IMG/VR virus record: IMGVR_UViG_3300027759_000054 | Reading direction: 5' to 3' (one strand) | DNA: 60,200 bases | Origin: an uncultured virus (IMG/VR IMGVR_UViG_3300027759_000054) | Lineage: Duplodnaviria > Heunggongvirae > Uroviricota > Caudoviricetes | Shown here: piece after piece, positions 37,268 to 48,154 of the stretch | Layout: each line of letters opens with the position of its first letter | Position numbering within the stretch: the first letter of the stretch is position 1 | Made by a program: the position numbers and the translations under genes | Notes under the pieces: model-generated | Databases searched by the model: none | The model's input: only the letters and a program-made list of their open reading frames with translations | What the model was told of the DNA's origin: nothing

Positions 37268-37297
37268 TGATTAATTATGCAAAGATGTTTAAATCTA

Positions 37298-37326
37298 TTG
37301 ACAAATGTCGACAAATAGCGTATAAT
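37298..37326 (+). promoter_or_regulatory. Sigma70 promoter
   Basis: TTGACA-17-TATAAT, perfect consensus. Confidence 0.75.
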
Positions 37327-37436
37327 GCTAATAATGAATGGTTCAAAGATTATTGGCACAAGGTTGCTGATGACCTCGAAGCGAAGTATGTTGTTGGGCA
37401 ACCATGGTTGCGAACTTATGATGGAAAGTTGAATTA

Positions 37437-37718
37437 ATGCCAAAGTATCTTGTTGAAACTGTCAGTGTATTCCGCATGCGGTATGTTGTAGAGGCAAAGA
37501 ATGCATCCGACGCGAAGGATGAAGTGACCATGAGCATGGGTGATGATTTTAAAGAGTTCTCACAACTCCATCTCGACGAAATGATTTCATCCACTCGTGA
37601 GATTACTAACGCAGAATATCTTCGTATGTTTGATGAGGATAATGTTTATCTTAAAGATTGGGATGAAGACCAGAAACTGGATTTCGTGAATGTTCTGAAC
37701 TATGGGGATGCAGAATGA
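37437..37718 (+). CDS. Hypothetical protein
   Basis: YLVETVS.FRMRYVVEA motif. Confidence 0.65.
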   Translation: MPKYLVETVSVFRMRYVVEAKNASDAKDEVTMSMGDDFKEFSQLHLDEMISSTREITNAEYLRMFDEDNVYLKDWDEDQKLDFVNVLNYGDAE

Positions 37719-38110
37719 TCGTTGAGAATGCAGCACTATGTTTGAGTTGCGGAGATAAGATTGTCTCCAAGCATCGACATGACTTTGTTAATTGCACATG
37801 TGGTGCAGTTGCAGTTGATGGTGGGCAAGAATATTTGCGTCGTGTGGGCGATTTTAGCAATGCGATGGATATCTCATGGTCTCTGCCCGATGAAGTTTAC
37901 AATGAATGTGCAGAGGCAGCACAAAATGCTATGGACACTGGTCGCAACAAGTTTGGCATTGCCAATGCTGTGATGCGAACTCTGCGCGAGTATGAATATA
38001 TCGTAGCAGAAGGCGAGCAGCGTGTGATGGCGCATAATCTCGGTGAGATTATGGTCGTCGAGGCAGATGGTACGTATAATCGATATAAGAAGGTAAATGA
38101 AGATGCATAA
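37715..38110 (+). CDS. Zinc-ribbon protein
   Basis: CLSCGD.I.S.HRHDF..CTCG..AVDGG..YLRR. Confidence 0.75.
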   Translation: MIVENAALCLSCGDKIVSKHRHDFVNCTCGAVAVDGGQEYLRRVGDFSNAMDISWSLPDEVYNECAEAAQNAMDTGRNKFGIANAVMRTLREYEYIVAEGEQRVMAHNLGEIMVVEADGTYNRYKKVNEDA

Positions 38111-38372
38111 AGTAGAAGTAACACTTACCACTGATCAATTTGACACAATGGTCGTAGAAGAATTGATCAGAACTCGCCAGACATTTCTGAATGATCTCGG
38201 TGCAAACAATCATGTGTTTGTCTGGGGGGACCAAGAAGCAGATGATATCGAGATTCAAAAACACATCGATTCTCTTGATACACTGATCAACTGGTTTGCC
38301 ACACCAGAGCAGTTGGAAGAATGCGGGTTGTCCCGTATTAGTGACATATTTCCAGGAATTGATTTGAAATGA
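38103..38372 (+). CDS. Hypothetical protein
   Basis: Coupled ORF. Confidence 0.55.
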   Translation: MHKVEVTLTTDQFDTMVVEELIRTRQTFLNDLGANNHVFVWGDQEADDIEIQKHIDSLDTLINWFATPEQLEECGLSRISDIFPGIDLK

Positions 38373-38430
38373 AGACTGATGCTGCTGCTCGTGCAGAGTT
38401 TCTTAGCATTGCACGAATGGGTAAGTGCTG

Positions 38431-38772
38431 ATGAGAAATGCCAACTACAATAAATTCATTTCCGATGAATATGAAAAATTCTATATTTCATCAGAATTGG
38501 GAGATATTGAACAAAGTTGGATTTATCTTCAAAGAATTCATATCGTGTCGCAATCAATACTCGTTGATCATTTAAAGTCGCATTTGAATATGCTTTTTTA
38601 CGCTGTTAAAACAGGTGATATTAAGGAAATCTTTGGACAAGTACTGCGCTTAATGCTTGCCCCAATTGGAAACTTTTTGAGAAGGATACCTGCAGGCAAC
38701 AGAGGAACCTCTGATGTAAGTCCTTTTCTAAGAGAGACTATACCAAACGATTTAAAGGAATTCATTAAATGA
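38431..38772 (+). CDS. DUF3703-like protein
   Basis: W..L.R.HI.SQ...H..SH..ML...E..GQ..RL...P.GN.G. Confidence 0.7.
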   Translation: MRNANYNKFISDEYEKFYISSELGDIEQSWIYLQRIHIVSQSILVDHLKSHLNMLFYAVKTGDIKEIFGQVLRLMLAPIGNFLRRIPAGNRGTSDVSPFLRETIPNDLKEFIK

Positions 38773-38961
38773 TATTCAACAAGATTAAAGACCTCAAAGA
38801 AAAAGGCAAGATGATTGAGGCGATCCCATATGTAGCAGTGTTCGGCATTGCCGCACTCGCAGTATATGGTATCACCAAGATGGTGCAATCACTCGATGGT
38901 ATGGACATTCCACTTGATTGGGGACAAGATCCATATTTGACCGAACTTTCGAAGAAGTATC

Positions 38962-39600
38962 ATGAAGATTAACATTGGACCATATAGAAATCGCTGGACA
39001 ACGCTGCGATTCGAGGAATGGTATATCCGTATCAAGTATGGCAACAAACAAGTTCCTTACTGGAATGGTGTCGATCTTGTCGGCATTCAGGATGTAGGTG
39101 ACTTAGAAAGTGGTGACTGGTTGGATCGCAGCGTTCAGAAGATCTCTGATATCTGGCAGGATTTGCTTAATCTTACAGTAAACAAGATTATTGATGGAAT
39201 GGATCGAAAGGTAAAAGTGCGCATCGATCCATATGACACATGGAACATGGATGATACTCTCGCTCTAATCATTCTTCCCATGCTAAAGCAACTACGAAAA
39301 TCAACACATAGTTCTTGTCAAGTCGATGATGCTGATGTTCCAGAAGAACTTCGCTCTACTGCTGTTCCTGTTGTCGTGGATCATAATATCGACGATAACT
39401 ACCATAAGCGGTGGGAGTGGGTGATGGATGAGATGATCTGGGCATTTGAACAGATCGTTGATGAAGATCATGAATCTCAGTTTTTTGATCACTCTGTAAA
39501 ACCATATGTTCATGACAGAGAAGGTCATGTCAAACACTCAGAACGCATTCAACGTGGAACAATATTGTTCGGTAAATATTATCAAGGACTATGGGACTAA
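38962..39600 (+). CDS. Conserved phage hypothetical protein
   Basis: IDPYDTW.MD.TLA.IILPML.QL..WEWVMDEMIWAF..LFGKYY. Confidence 0.7.
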   Translation: MKINIGPYRNRWTTLRFEEWYIRIKYGNKQVPYWNGVDLVGIQDVGDLESGDWLDRSVQKISDIWQDLLNLTVNKIIDGMDRKVKVRIDPYDTWNMDDTLALIILPMLKQLRKSTHSSCQVDDADVPEELRSTAVPVVVDHNIDDNYHKRWEWVMDEMIWAFEQIVDEDHESQFFDHSVKPYVHDREGHVKHSERIQRGTILFGKYYQGLWD

Positions 39601-39775
39601 TGGTTAAAGAAGTAAAAGGTGGGACGTTTGCTCCTACAGACATTCCTGTAATTCGTCGTGCATTGCACGCATATCTGATCGACATGCAACGCATGGAGGG
39701 ATTTAGTGATCGAGATCCGCATCCAGATCTTAATGCAGTTGCTAGTCTACTACACAGATTGGGTCGCATCCAATC

Positions 39776-40084
39776 ATGATAAATAAGTTTATGATTGAAC
39801 CTGTTAAAGAACCCAAGTTAAGACTTACCTTCCAAGAGAGGCAGCGGAAACGCATGCATCTGATGGAAGATGTTAGTGACTACATCAAAGAAACAATTCT
39901 ATATTGTGATGACGAAGAAGAAATGATTGCACTCGGATCTGTACTACAGATTCTGTCAAAAGACATTCTCACGACAGTCATGCCAAAAGATGATTGGAGA
40001 AATGCAATCACAACCTTTGCTACTGATGTGGAAAAAGAAACAGATTATGCAAGCATTCGTAAACAATATAGAGATTTCATGTAA
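39776..40084 (+). CDS. Hypothetical protein
   Basis: Coupled ORF. Confidence 0.55.
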   Translation: MINKFMIEPVKEPKLRLTFQERQRKRMHLMEDVSDYIKETILYCDDEEEMIALGSVLQILSKDILTTVMPKDDWRNAITTFATDVEKETDYASIRKQYRDFM

Positions 40085-40701
40085 TGGCATTTAGAATACC
40101 GAGTGAAGCATTTGATCCTATCAATGAATTTCCACTATGGAACCACAAATGGGGTGGTGGTCTATACAAAGGCATCTTTACCCAACAAAATAAGAACTTT
40201 TACCCTGTTTTCGAAAAACTCTTTGCACAGGAGAATATTGTTCGTGTGCTAGAGATAGGTACCGCAACTGGTGGTTTTACTCGTGCAGTGAGAGATTTAA
40301 CAAATGCAGAGATTATTACGTACGATGTAATAGAAACTAAGCATAAAGCGACTCTGGAAGAGAATAATATTACCGTAAACATCAAAAGTGTATTCGATGA
40401 TTATGAAGTCGTAGAAGATTATATCTCTGAAAAAGGACAGGTTCTTGTCCTTTGCGACGGGGGAAACAAAATCAAAGAATTTGATGTTTTCTCTAAATTG
40501 TTGAAGTCTGGTGACATTATCATGGCACATGATTATTCCTATGATGAGGCAATGTACCGTGCATACATACGCGAGAATGTATGGCGCTGGTGCGAACTCC
40601 AGTATAAAGACATCGCCTTTGCCGTAGAAACTCAAAATCTTGAACCAGTTCTAACTGAAGAATTTCAAGAAGCAGTATGGACTTGTTGGAAAAAGGCTTG
40701 A
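40084..40701 (+). CDS. Class I SAM-dependent methyltransferase (CmcI/Methyltransf_24-like)
   Basis: VLEIGTATGG, CDGG, L..GD.I.AHDY. Confidence 0.8.
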   Translation: MAFRIPSEAFDPINEFPLWNHKWGGGLYKGIFTQQNKNFYPVFEKLFAQENIVRVLEIGTATGGFTRAVRDLTNAEIITYDVIETKHKATLEENNITVNIKSVFDDYEVVEDYISEKGQVLVLCDGGNKIKEFDVFSKLLKSGDIIMAHDYSYDEAMYRAYIRENVWRWCELQYKDIAFAVETQNLEPVLTEEFQEAVWTCWKKA

Positions 40702-40726
40702 CGTTTATCCCATAATATAGTATTAT
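40698..40726 (+). promoter_or_regulatory. Early promoter
   Basis: GGC-TTGACG-17-TATTAT. Confidence 0.65.
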
Positions 40727-40732
40727 GGTAAC

Positions 40733-41002
40733 ATGACTGATAGAAGAAACCCAACCGTTCGCCGTTCCAAGTGGGACAAAGTCCTGAAGATTCCAGGATA
40801 CAATTACAAAAAATCATTCTACACAGGTTTTGTGTGGACATACACCAACTGTAATGGTAAGGATTATCACAGTGAACTCACTGATCGTGGGTGGAAGTGT
40901 GACTGTCCTGGATTCTCATTTCATGGTAGGTGTAAGCATGTCCACAAATTCCATAATCAACTGACAGGTGACAGTTATGAACCAAAGTACGCAACATGCT
41001 GA
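40733..41002 (+). CDS. SWIM zinc-finger protein
   Basis: WKCDCPGFSFHGRCKH. Confidence 0.8.
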   Translation: MTDRRNPTVRRSKWDKVLKIPGYNYKKSFYTGFVWTYTNCNGKDYHSELTDRGWKCDCPGFSFHGRCKHVHKFHNQLTGDSYEPKYATC

Positions 41003-41409
41003 TTGCTAAATTTCTAGTAGAGAATGCGATACGAGGATTCCTATTCGCACTGATGTATGCTGCTGCCAAGTTTTTCATTACAGGCGAGCACATCGGCGAG
41101 ATGGTGTTTCTCGTGTGGTTCGTTGCTGGCACCATGTTGTCGATAACAGTCAAACTTATTGATGCAATTGAAATAGTAAAAAAACTGAAGGAACTGAATA
41201 ATGATAATTAATACACAAATTCTGACCAATGAAATGGTCGACGATAGGGAAGAAGAAGCAGGTGAGATGGGACTGACTGGTAACATCTATGTTGATGCTC
41301 GTGGTGCTTCACCCAAGGAACGCGATGAAGTCCGTCGCATTCTTGCTGAACATTATGATGCATTGCGCACTGCATTGAAAACTGTAGGATCTCACTGGGG
41401 GTAAACTAA

Positions 41410-41970
41410 ATGTTTGATGATGATGAACGCACTAACATCATGCTGATCAGGGACGTGGTAAAGAGTAAGTTTCGCGAACTCTTATCTTATCTGCCTGTCG
41501 ACACCTATCCATATTTCAAGGATTCCATTCTAACTGGTGGGTGCTTTGCATCATTGTTCCAAGGTGGAATTGTAAACGACTGGGATGTGTATCTCAAGGA
41601 TGTTGATACTGCTGATCGGTTCGAATCGTTTATCATGAGCGACACTCCGACTCTGAATGAAGTCAAAGATGCGACTCCTGGGTACATGGCAGAAGTAAAG
41701 GTGCAAGGCAAGTTGGTTACTGCCAATGCAATAACGTTCAAGAATAAACTGCAGGTTATCACTCGCACATGCAAGGCACATCGCGAGACGTTCGACTTCA
41801 TCCATTGCATGCCATACTTTGACATGGCAACACAGCAGTTGTTTATCTCCCGTGCGCAGTATGACAGCATTAAGCAGAAGAAACTCGTGAAGAATCCTGC
41901 ACACAATCAAGAATTATCATCGCGCAGAATAGATAAATTTTTAGATCGTGGATGGTATATTGGGGCTTGA
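41410..41970 (+). CDS. Nucleotidyltransferase-superfamily protein
   Basis: LTGG..SL....VNDWDVY (hG-x-DxD), FDF.HC, R..KF..RG. Confidence 0.7.
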   Translation: MFDDDERTNIMLIRDVVKSKFRELLSYLPVDTYPYFKDSILTGGCFASLFQGGIVNDWDVYLKDVDTADRFESFIMSDTPTLNEVKDATPGYMAEVKVQGKLVTANAITFKNKLQVITRTCKAHRETFDFIHCMPYFDMATQQLFISRAQYDSIKQKKLVKNPAHNQELSSRRIDKFLDRGWYIGA

Positions 41971-42014
41971 CTTTTGTTGCGTTTTAGGGTATAATGATAT
42001 TATAGTTTGAAAGG
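41967..42014 (+). promoter_or_regulatory. Early promoter cassette with conserved leader
   Basis: GGGGC-TTGACT-17-TATAAT, then TATAGTTTGAAAGG. Confidence 0.85.
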
Positions 42015-42021
42015 AATTGAA

Positions 42022-42174
42022 ATGCCATATTTTTTGATTTTCGCTGGTTTGCTTACGATGTGTGTTCCTGAAGATGCAGGATTTCTTCGGTTCGCTTTAC
42101 AGGGTGCCGCTGGTCTTACTCTGTTTCTGATTGGCACTATCAATCTAATCAATGAACCATCTTCTACTCGTTAA
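42022..42174 (+). CDS. Small membrane peptide (50 aa, not in the ORF track)
   Basis: First ORF after the promoter; SD AAGGA; two hydrophobic stretches. Confidence 0.55.
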   Translation: MPYFLIFAGLLTMCVPEDAGFLRFALQGAAGLTLFLIGTINLINEPSSTR

Positions 42175-42189
42175 TAAAGGAATTATATT

Positions 42190-42750
42190 ATGGCAAATCA
42201 TGTTACATCGCGTGTTGACATTCAGTGTAATGAAGCAGCACAAGTCCTCGTAGAAAAGTGGATGTCTGCCATTGATGCAATGGACAGCGTAACGCTGAAT
42301 GGCGATGGGTGCAAATATGTGTGGAATCTGATGGAAGATGTTCCTGCTGAAGTAACCCATGAGTGGACTGCTGACAACATCGGCACCAAGTGGTGCTACT
42401 TCGAAGACATGTATGACAATACATTTGTCATGACATCTGCGTGGGATTGGCCAATTAAATTCATAGATTGGATGTCGACGCAAATTCTAGCAATCGATGA
42501 AGATGCAACTATCACAGTCACCTATGAAGATGAAGGTGCAAACTTTGCTGGATACCACATCTATACCAGTCTTGGTGAACGAGGTGATGCCATTGATTGG
42601 GATGACCTCGTGAAGATGGTAACTGAAGCAATTCCAGAGATAACTGAACTTGAAGAAAGCAGTGATGAGTATTTTGACATGCTGTATGACAACATCTGGG
42701 ATGCTGTTTACAAATGGCAAGACGAGCAAATCGAACAAAAAGGAAACTGA
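42190..42750 (+). CDS. YubB/DUF1281-like ferredoxin-fold protein
   Basis: MANHV, W...N.GTKW, SAW..P, YEDEG..F.G. Confidence 0.65.
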   Translation: MANHVTSRVDIQCNEAAQVLVEKWMSAIDAMDSVTLNGDGCKYVWNLMEDVPAEVTHEWTADNIGTKWCYFEDMYDNTFVMTSAWDWPIKFIDWMSTQILAIDEDATITVTYEDEGANFAGYHIYTSLGERGDAIDWDDLVKMVTEAIPEITELEESSDEYFDMLYDNIWDAVYKWQDEQIEQKGN

Positions 42751-42751
42751 T

Positions 42752-42955
42752 ATGATTCATAGTGTATTCGACGTTGTACCTCGTAATGTAGCAATTGCTC
42801 TGGTTTGTGGTGATGCTGACATTTTTAATGTTGGGTATTATGATAAGTTATATGCATACTATGCATCTGACATGCCATATGGTGTTGCCAAGGCAAGGAC
42901 AGGTGATCCTGATGAGTGGATTCTGAATCGACTAGAAGAAGATCTCGGTGTATGA
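42752..42955 (+). CDS. Hypothetical protein
   Basis: SD AAGGA; MPYGVAKARTGDPDEWI motif. Confidence 0.6.
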   Translation: MIHSVFDVVPRNVAIALVCGDADIFNVGYYDKLYAYYASDMPYGVAKARTGDPDEWILNRLEEDLGV

Positions 42956-43510
42956 GGTACGAACTCCGCCGTTGGATTGACTCCTCGCATACTGAGTATG
43001 TTGTCAGGCACATGTCTGTTGATTACAGCGCAATTAACCAGCAGTTTAATCGTGCGTTTTTTGCATCATCAGAACCAAATTTGTTACACATTGTAGATAC
43101 GGAGGCAGAACATGCGATGCAAAATTAATAGTGATAATTGGGAAGATGTAGGTAAAGTATATTTTGTGCACGCATTGAACAATCGGGCAAACTCTACCGC
43201 AGTGACACTTGTTCTGGAGGATGATGGTGGTGTCATCCACAAACGAGTCGTAGCATCGCATCAGATTGAATGGGTTGACGATGGCAATTTATAATGGACC
43301 ATGTTTCTGCCTGAGAAGATGGAACTGCGTGTGGTAGAGTATACCAAGACAGATAGCAGTGGAATTGAGCGCATTGTCAAGGTAGAACTGCAATATTGCA
43401 TGCACAATTTTGACCAATATGGTAACAGAACACACTCAACTCCATGGGAGTCAGTCGAGCGTGTGAAGATTAACATGGATGCATAACTTAAAATAGTAAA
43501 GGAAATTAAC

Positions 43511-44056
43511 ATGGAAAATTGGAAAGTACACCCTGACATTGTTCCCAATGTCGTATTTAAGACTCGCGTTCGCGATGACTCCATTGAGGGTCCAAATCCC
43601 TATCGTTGGGAAGAAAAGACATCATTCGACTACTTTGCAAATAAGCGAGTAATTCTGTTCTCGCTTCCTGGTGCATTCACACCCACCTGTTCCACCTACC
43701 AACTGCCCGACTTCGAGAAACTGCATTCAGAGTTCGTTGATCAGGGTATTGATGAGATCTACTGCATGTCAGTGAATGATGCCTTCGTAATGAACTGCTG
43801 GGCAAAGGATCAGAATCTAGAGAAAGTCAAGGTTATCCCTGATGGTTCTGAAGTATTCACTACAGATATGAACATGCTTGTTCGGAAGGACAATCTCGGT
43901 TTCGGCAATCGTTCATGGCGGTATGCAGTCATTGTTGACAATGGTCGCATTGAACAGTGGTTCATTGAACCAGGAATGACTGATGAAGCAGAGGATGATC
44001 CATATGGTGAAACATCACCACAGAACATTCTAGAATGGTTGAAGAATAAGTCTTGA
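43511..44056 (+). CDS. Peroxiredoxin (Prx5/redoxin type)
   Basis: LPGAFTPTCS, SVNDAFVM, GFG.RSWRYA. Confidence 0.95.
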   Translation: MENWKVHPDIVPNVVFKTRVRDDSIEGPNPYRWEEKTSFDYFANKRVILFSLPGAFTPTCSTYQLPDFEKLHSEFVDQGIDEIYCMSVNDAFVMNCWAKDQNLEKVKVIPDGSEVFTTDMNMLVRKDNLGFGNRSWRYAVIVDNGRIEQWFIEPGMTDEAEDDPYGETSPQNILEWLKNKS

Positions 44057-44371
44057 CAAACTGTTCGGAGTAAAATAATGACTGAACAAGAATGGAAAAA
44101 ACTACCACTACCAACTGAATCGCCGCTGGTTCCGTATAAGCGATATCGAGGCAGTAAGGTAACATGGTCTAGTGGCAAAACTGCCTACTACTGGGTGGAG
44201 TATCACTTTTGATTGACATGAATGAGACACAGGCAAGAGAACTGACCGAACGTCTGAATAGACTGCAGGTCTACGAGGATGCGCTGAGAAAGATCGAAAG
44301 GTTCGGGCACTCGCATGGTCATGGACATGGATACACCTGTGCCAACATTGCTGAGAAGGCACTGAAGTCTG

Positions 44372-44398
44372 AATAAATAGTCCCAAACAAAGGGACTG
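44372..44398 (+). promoter_or_regulatory. Late promoter overlapping an RBS hairpin
   Basis: AATAAATA 44372-44379; TAGTCCC/GGGACTG stem over the SD. Confidence 0.6.
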
Positions 44399-44400
44399 GC

Positions 44401-45672
44401 ATGGGTACTACAGGTAAAGCAGCATGGGAAAAGTATTTCAAGGGCAATGGTGATGTTGACACCTTTGTCAAGGATGCTGCTGACACCTATGACCTGATCA
44501 GTCAAACCAAGGTAACTGGTAATCTACCAAAAGGTCAAAAGATTACATGTCTATCTACTGATGCATATGATTCCAAACCTGTCATAGATTATGAGGTGGC
44601 AGGTAAGAAATACAAGGCACGCATCAAGTTTGACATGATGCAGAAACCAGGAATCAGAAGCACAACTGATCCCACCAATGTCAAAACAATTGCCAACAAG
44701 TCACTATCCCCTGATGGACTGGGTCTTGGAGGTAAAACTATAACCAAGCGAGACTACATCAAGACAGCAAATGCTGCCATTGATGCTTGCACATTGGTCG
44801 CTCCACACATCAAAGAATTCCTCAAGGTATTTCTTGAGAAGAGCAAGACGACCAACTCGGTACTCAATACTGCCACCAAGGATATATCGGCGAAAGATCT
44901 CGCTATCATTGCCAAGGACTTCGGTGAGGTATCAGGTGGATGGTGGTTCCTGAACAACTATGACAGCGATGTGACATCAATTGAGTTCCCAGCACGCAGT
45001 AATGAACCACTGGTTGATTATTATGGTGTGTATGGCAATAAACTGAAGATCGGTGTTTCTGCAAAGTCAGGTAGTGGTGCTGCACCATCAATTTCATCTG
45101 TATGGAACATGATAGGCAGCAGAACATTTACTGACGTGAATGACAAGAAGGTACATGACTTTATTGGTGCAGTTGTCAACAACTCTGGTACTGAGGGCAT
45201 TGTCAAGGCAGCAAAGGCAATGAACTCACCACTGTATACGATGGTTGGCAAACTCATCGGTAAACCACTGATGTATACTGCGGATGATATCGAGAAATGG
45301 TTGAAACAATACAAGGATCCAAAGGAAGCACATACACTGTTGAACAAGGAATTCTATGAAAAGATCGGTCGCTCCGCACCACTGACATCATTCGAAAAGA
45401 TATGGAAAATTCCGACCAGCAAGAGAAATGGCACCATCCTATCTCCCATGGCATATGCATTGGTTACTGAGGTGAATGCTACCAAGAAGAATACTGACTT
45501 CCTGACTGACATCGTGCGTGCCAACAACATCGAGCAGTTGTATGTCAATCTGTCAGCAACTACGCTGAAGTATGAACTAAAGGGATTCAAGAACAGCAAT
45601 TTCATCTTTGAGTATCACTCCAATGCTGCCAATCCTGGTGGAAATAAAATTGGATTCATTCTCAAAAAATAA
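44401..45672 (+). CDS. Late protein, possible PD-(D/E)xK nuclease fold
   Basis: KDFGE...FP...NEPLVD...VSAK pattern. Confidence 0.5.
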   Translation: MGTTGKAAWEKYFKGNGDVDTFVKDAADTYDLISQTKVTGNLPKGQKITCLSTDAYDSKPVIDYEVAGKKYKARIKFDMMQKPGIRSTTDPTNVKTIANKSLSPDGLGLGGKTITKRDYIKTANAAIDACTLVAPHIKEFLKVFLEKSKTTNSVLNTATKDISAKDLAIIAKDFGEVSGGWWFLNNYDSDVTSIEFPARSNEPLVDYYGVYGNKLKIGVSAKSGSGAAPSISSVWNMIGSRTFTDVNDKKVHDFIGAVVNNSGTEGIVKAAKAMNSPLYTMVGKLIGKPLMYTADDIEKWLKQYKDPKEAHTLLNKEFYEKIGRSAPLTSFEKIWKIPTSKRNGTILSPMAYALVTEVNATKKNTDFLTDIVRANNIEQLYVNLSATTLKYELKGFKNSNFIFEYHSNAANPGGNKIGFILKK

Positions 45673-45720
45673 TTGACTTTTATATAATTTTATAGTATAT
45701 TAGTACTATAGTTTGAAAGG
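45673..45720 (+). promoter_or_regulatory. Early promoter with conserved leader
   Basis: TTGACT-17-TATATT; TATAGTTTGAAAGG at 45707. Confidence 0.75.
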
Positions 45721-45729
45721 AAATATATC

Positions 45730-46227
45730 ATGGCAACTACCGATGCGACTGTAGTTTTTGATGTTGCGTTCATCAATGAACTGGTCCAACATCTCCCAGC
45801 ACATCTAATCTCAGATCCCAAGCAGGTGGATACCATCAAGTATCTCGCCAAGCATGGACTGCTGCAACGTGATCGTTTCTATGAGTTCGCTCTTGCGGGG
45901 AACTCCAAGGGCAAATATGCAATGTGCTCAGAGGATGCTCGTGACTTCACGGATGATTCTGATGCGAAGTCTGTCACTGTGAACTACCGTGAATCGAATG
46001 GTAGTGGTGGCAAGGTGCTGGTCACTGGCATTGGTAATAAGGTCGGTGCGCTGCGTGTAATGGCATATGACCCTGCTGCGGAGAACTTCCACTATTATTT
46101 TATCTTTGACTATGAATCAGTCCGTGACTATGGTCGGATTGAATTCCCAGTCGGTGGTAATAGCAAGTATAACAATGGTGAATGTGGGTTCGAACTGAAC
46201 ACATTCAATGAACTGGCGGAGATGTAA
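45730..46227 (+). CDS. Hypothetical protein (possible D-x-D-x-K nuclease motif)
   Basis: E...DFTDDSDAK. Confidence 0.5.
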   Translation: MATTDATVVFDVAFINELVQHLPAHLISDPKQVDTIKYLAKHGLLQRDRFYEFALAGNSKGKYAMCSEDARDFTDDSDAKSVTVNYRESNGSGGKVLVTGIGNKVGALRVMAYDPAAENFHYYFIFDYESVRDYGRIEFPVGGNSKYNNGECGFELNTFNELAEM

Positions 46228-46441
46228 ATGAGTGATGCACCCTATCTCGGTCGAACACTTGAGGATGCACTGAACCGTGCTGATCAAGACAAGATCGATC
46301 TACCACATCTTCACTTTGAAGAGACTATCTATCCATCTGACTATGATCGAGTCATCCTTGCTGAGTATATACGTATCCTTGAGAAACTCTGCGCACCATA
46401 TCTAAAACTTGGCAATGCTGGGTATCCTGTAGGAGAAGATA

Positions 46442-46972
46442 ATGTATGACATGACAATCAAGGGGCACATGAATGAGATCGAACTCCAGCGCATCGAGGT
46501 ATGGGCGAGTGCAGTCCCAGAGAATGGTGCCATTGTAGAGGTAGGCAGTCTATTCGGTCGCAGTGCAGTCGCATGGGCAAAGTCCTGTGATCCATCTGTG
46601 AAAGTATACTGTGTTGATACATATTATGATCCAACAACAGACACAGATTTCTATGATGAGTTCCATGAGAATACCAAGGATATATCAAATATCCATCCAA
46701 TCGTAGCAGTCTGCCCATACTTCAAGTATTCCAGATATGTAGACAAACCTGCAGATATATTCTTCATTGATGCTGCACACAGTAATCCAAATGACTGGCA
46801 CATTATTCTATATGGTCTGCGTCATCTAAAGAGCGGTGGTCTGCTGTGTGGTCATGACTATCTGAGTGTGTTCCCCGATGTAAAAGAGAATGTAAAGCGT
46901 CTAGAGGAACAGTTGGGCAAACCTGCTACATTTCATTCTGGAACCTCTCTCTGGTCATTTGTAGTAGACTGA
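46442..46972 (+). CDS. Class I SAM-dependent methyltransferase (Methyltransf_24-like)
   Basis: VEVGSLFGRS, VYCVD, FIDAAH, GGLLCGHDY. Confidence 0.88.
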   Translation: MYDMTIKGHMNEIELQRIEVWASAVPENGAIVEVGSLFGRSAVAWAKSCDPSVKVYCVDTYYDPTTDTDFYDEFHENTKDISNIHPIVAVCPYFKYSRYVDKPADIFFIDAAHSNPNDWHIILYGLRHLKSGGLLCGHDYLSVFPDVKENVKRLEEQLGKPATFHSGTSLWSFVVD

Positions 46973-46973
46973 C

Positions 46974-47474
46974 ATGTTCCTGCTCTGCGCTGATAAGTTT
47001 GCTGTCATGGCAGAAACTCGCTGCGGACACACCAACATGTATCACTACTTCGGAATTGCTCCATATACTTTAACTGGATATACCATGGAGAACTGGAAAG
47101 AACATCATAATCCCATGGTAGTTCTTCGCAATCCTCTAGATCGATTAACATCATCTCTCCCTCTCTCCAAATCCTTCCCGAACACCATCTATATCCTACA
47201 CTCACGTCCATACATGCATACTCTATTGTACTGTAACTTCAGAATCATGGACTTCTACGATCTCGAACAGTATATTCCGAGAAGTAAACTAAACCAGTCC
47301 CCTCGCACCAACTCTCGTGCAGATGATTCCACCGTAGCAGAGGATGTGCATGTGCCAAATGATGTATATTCATTAGAAGATCTGCGAGAAGAACTAAAAA
47401 TCTATAAAGATCTCATGAGAACAAAAGAGAGAGTATCGGTGAAAGAATGGAAAGAACTAACAAAGGAATATTGA
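46974..47474 (+). CDS. Sulfotransferase-like protein, paralog 1
   Basis: TRCGHTNM, VVLRNPLDR..S. Confidence 0.55.
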   Translation: MFLLCADKFAVMAETRCGHTNMYHYFGIAPYTLTGYTMENWKEHHNPMVVLRNPLDRLTSSLPLSKSFPNTIYILHSRPYMHTLLYCNFRIMDFYDLEQYIPRSKLNQSPRTNSRADDSTVAEDVHVPNDVYSLEDLREELKIYKDLMRTKERVSVKEWKELTKEY

Positions 47475-47796
47475 CATGATAAAACACATAATAGAAAACA
47501 TTAAAAGATATGGTCCAATTGAATGGAGTATAGTAGCAGCAATCCTTGTTGTATTGGTAACACTACTGAATGCATTCGCTGCTGGGTGTGTATTTACTAC
47601 TCTATTGTATGCACTGTAATGGATAAGTTAGTACTTTTCACTAACATTTAGTACTTTAAACGGACTTAGACTGTTCTTGAATTAGGTTATTGTGTGGAGA
47701 CCTGTAGGGGACTGTGGATACTGGTATTAATGCGCGAGCAAAGAAATCCCACTCAGTCGCGCCACACTGATTTAAAAAATCAATCACACATTTCTA

Positions 47797-47825
47797 TTGA
47801 CTTCCCGCCATATATAAGGTATAAT
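47797..47825 (+). promoter_or_regulatory. Sigma70 promoter
   Basis: TTGACT-17-TATAAT. Confidence 0.75.
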
Positions 47826-47849
47826 GGTTACTTAGATTGGAGAACTGCT

Positions 47850-48020
47850 ATGCGTGACTACACAATTACTAAGATTCGTCCTGGTACCTACGAACTGGAT
47901 CTATATGTGAATGGTTCATGGGTGGATACCAAGCGTGGATCGAAGGGTGAGGTAGAGAAGTTTGCCTCTAACTACATCAACAAGCGTATGGCACGTCCAT
48001 TCCGCGCAATCATGTCCTAG
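47850..48020 (+). CDS. Small hypothetical protein
   Basis: SD GGAG after the promoter; monocistronic with its own terminator. Confidence 0.6.
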   Translation: MRDYTITKIRPGTYELDLYVNGSWVDTKRGSKGEVEKFASNYINKRMARPFRAIMS

Positions 48021-48048
48021 CGTTATTCCTTTTCCACTAGGGCAAAGA

Positions 48049-48081
48049 AGCACCCTCGAAGTAATTCGGGGGTGTTTTTTT
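48049..48081 (+). terminator. Rho-independent terminator
   Basis: GCACCCTCGAA/TTCGGGGGTGT plus T run. Confidence 0.85.
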
Positions 48082-48093
48082 ATGAAAAAAGGC

Positions 48094-48122
48094 TTGACAA
48101 TTGTTCTGTTTCGAGGTATAAT
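48094..48122 (+). promoter_or_regulatory. Early promoter
   Basis: GGC-TTGACA-17-TATAAT. Confidence 0.85.
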
Positions 48123-48154
48123 GACTATGTCGTCTATGAAAAGGAATGAAAATT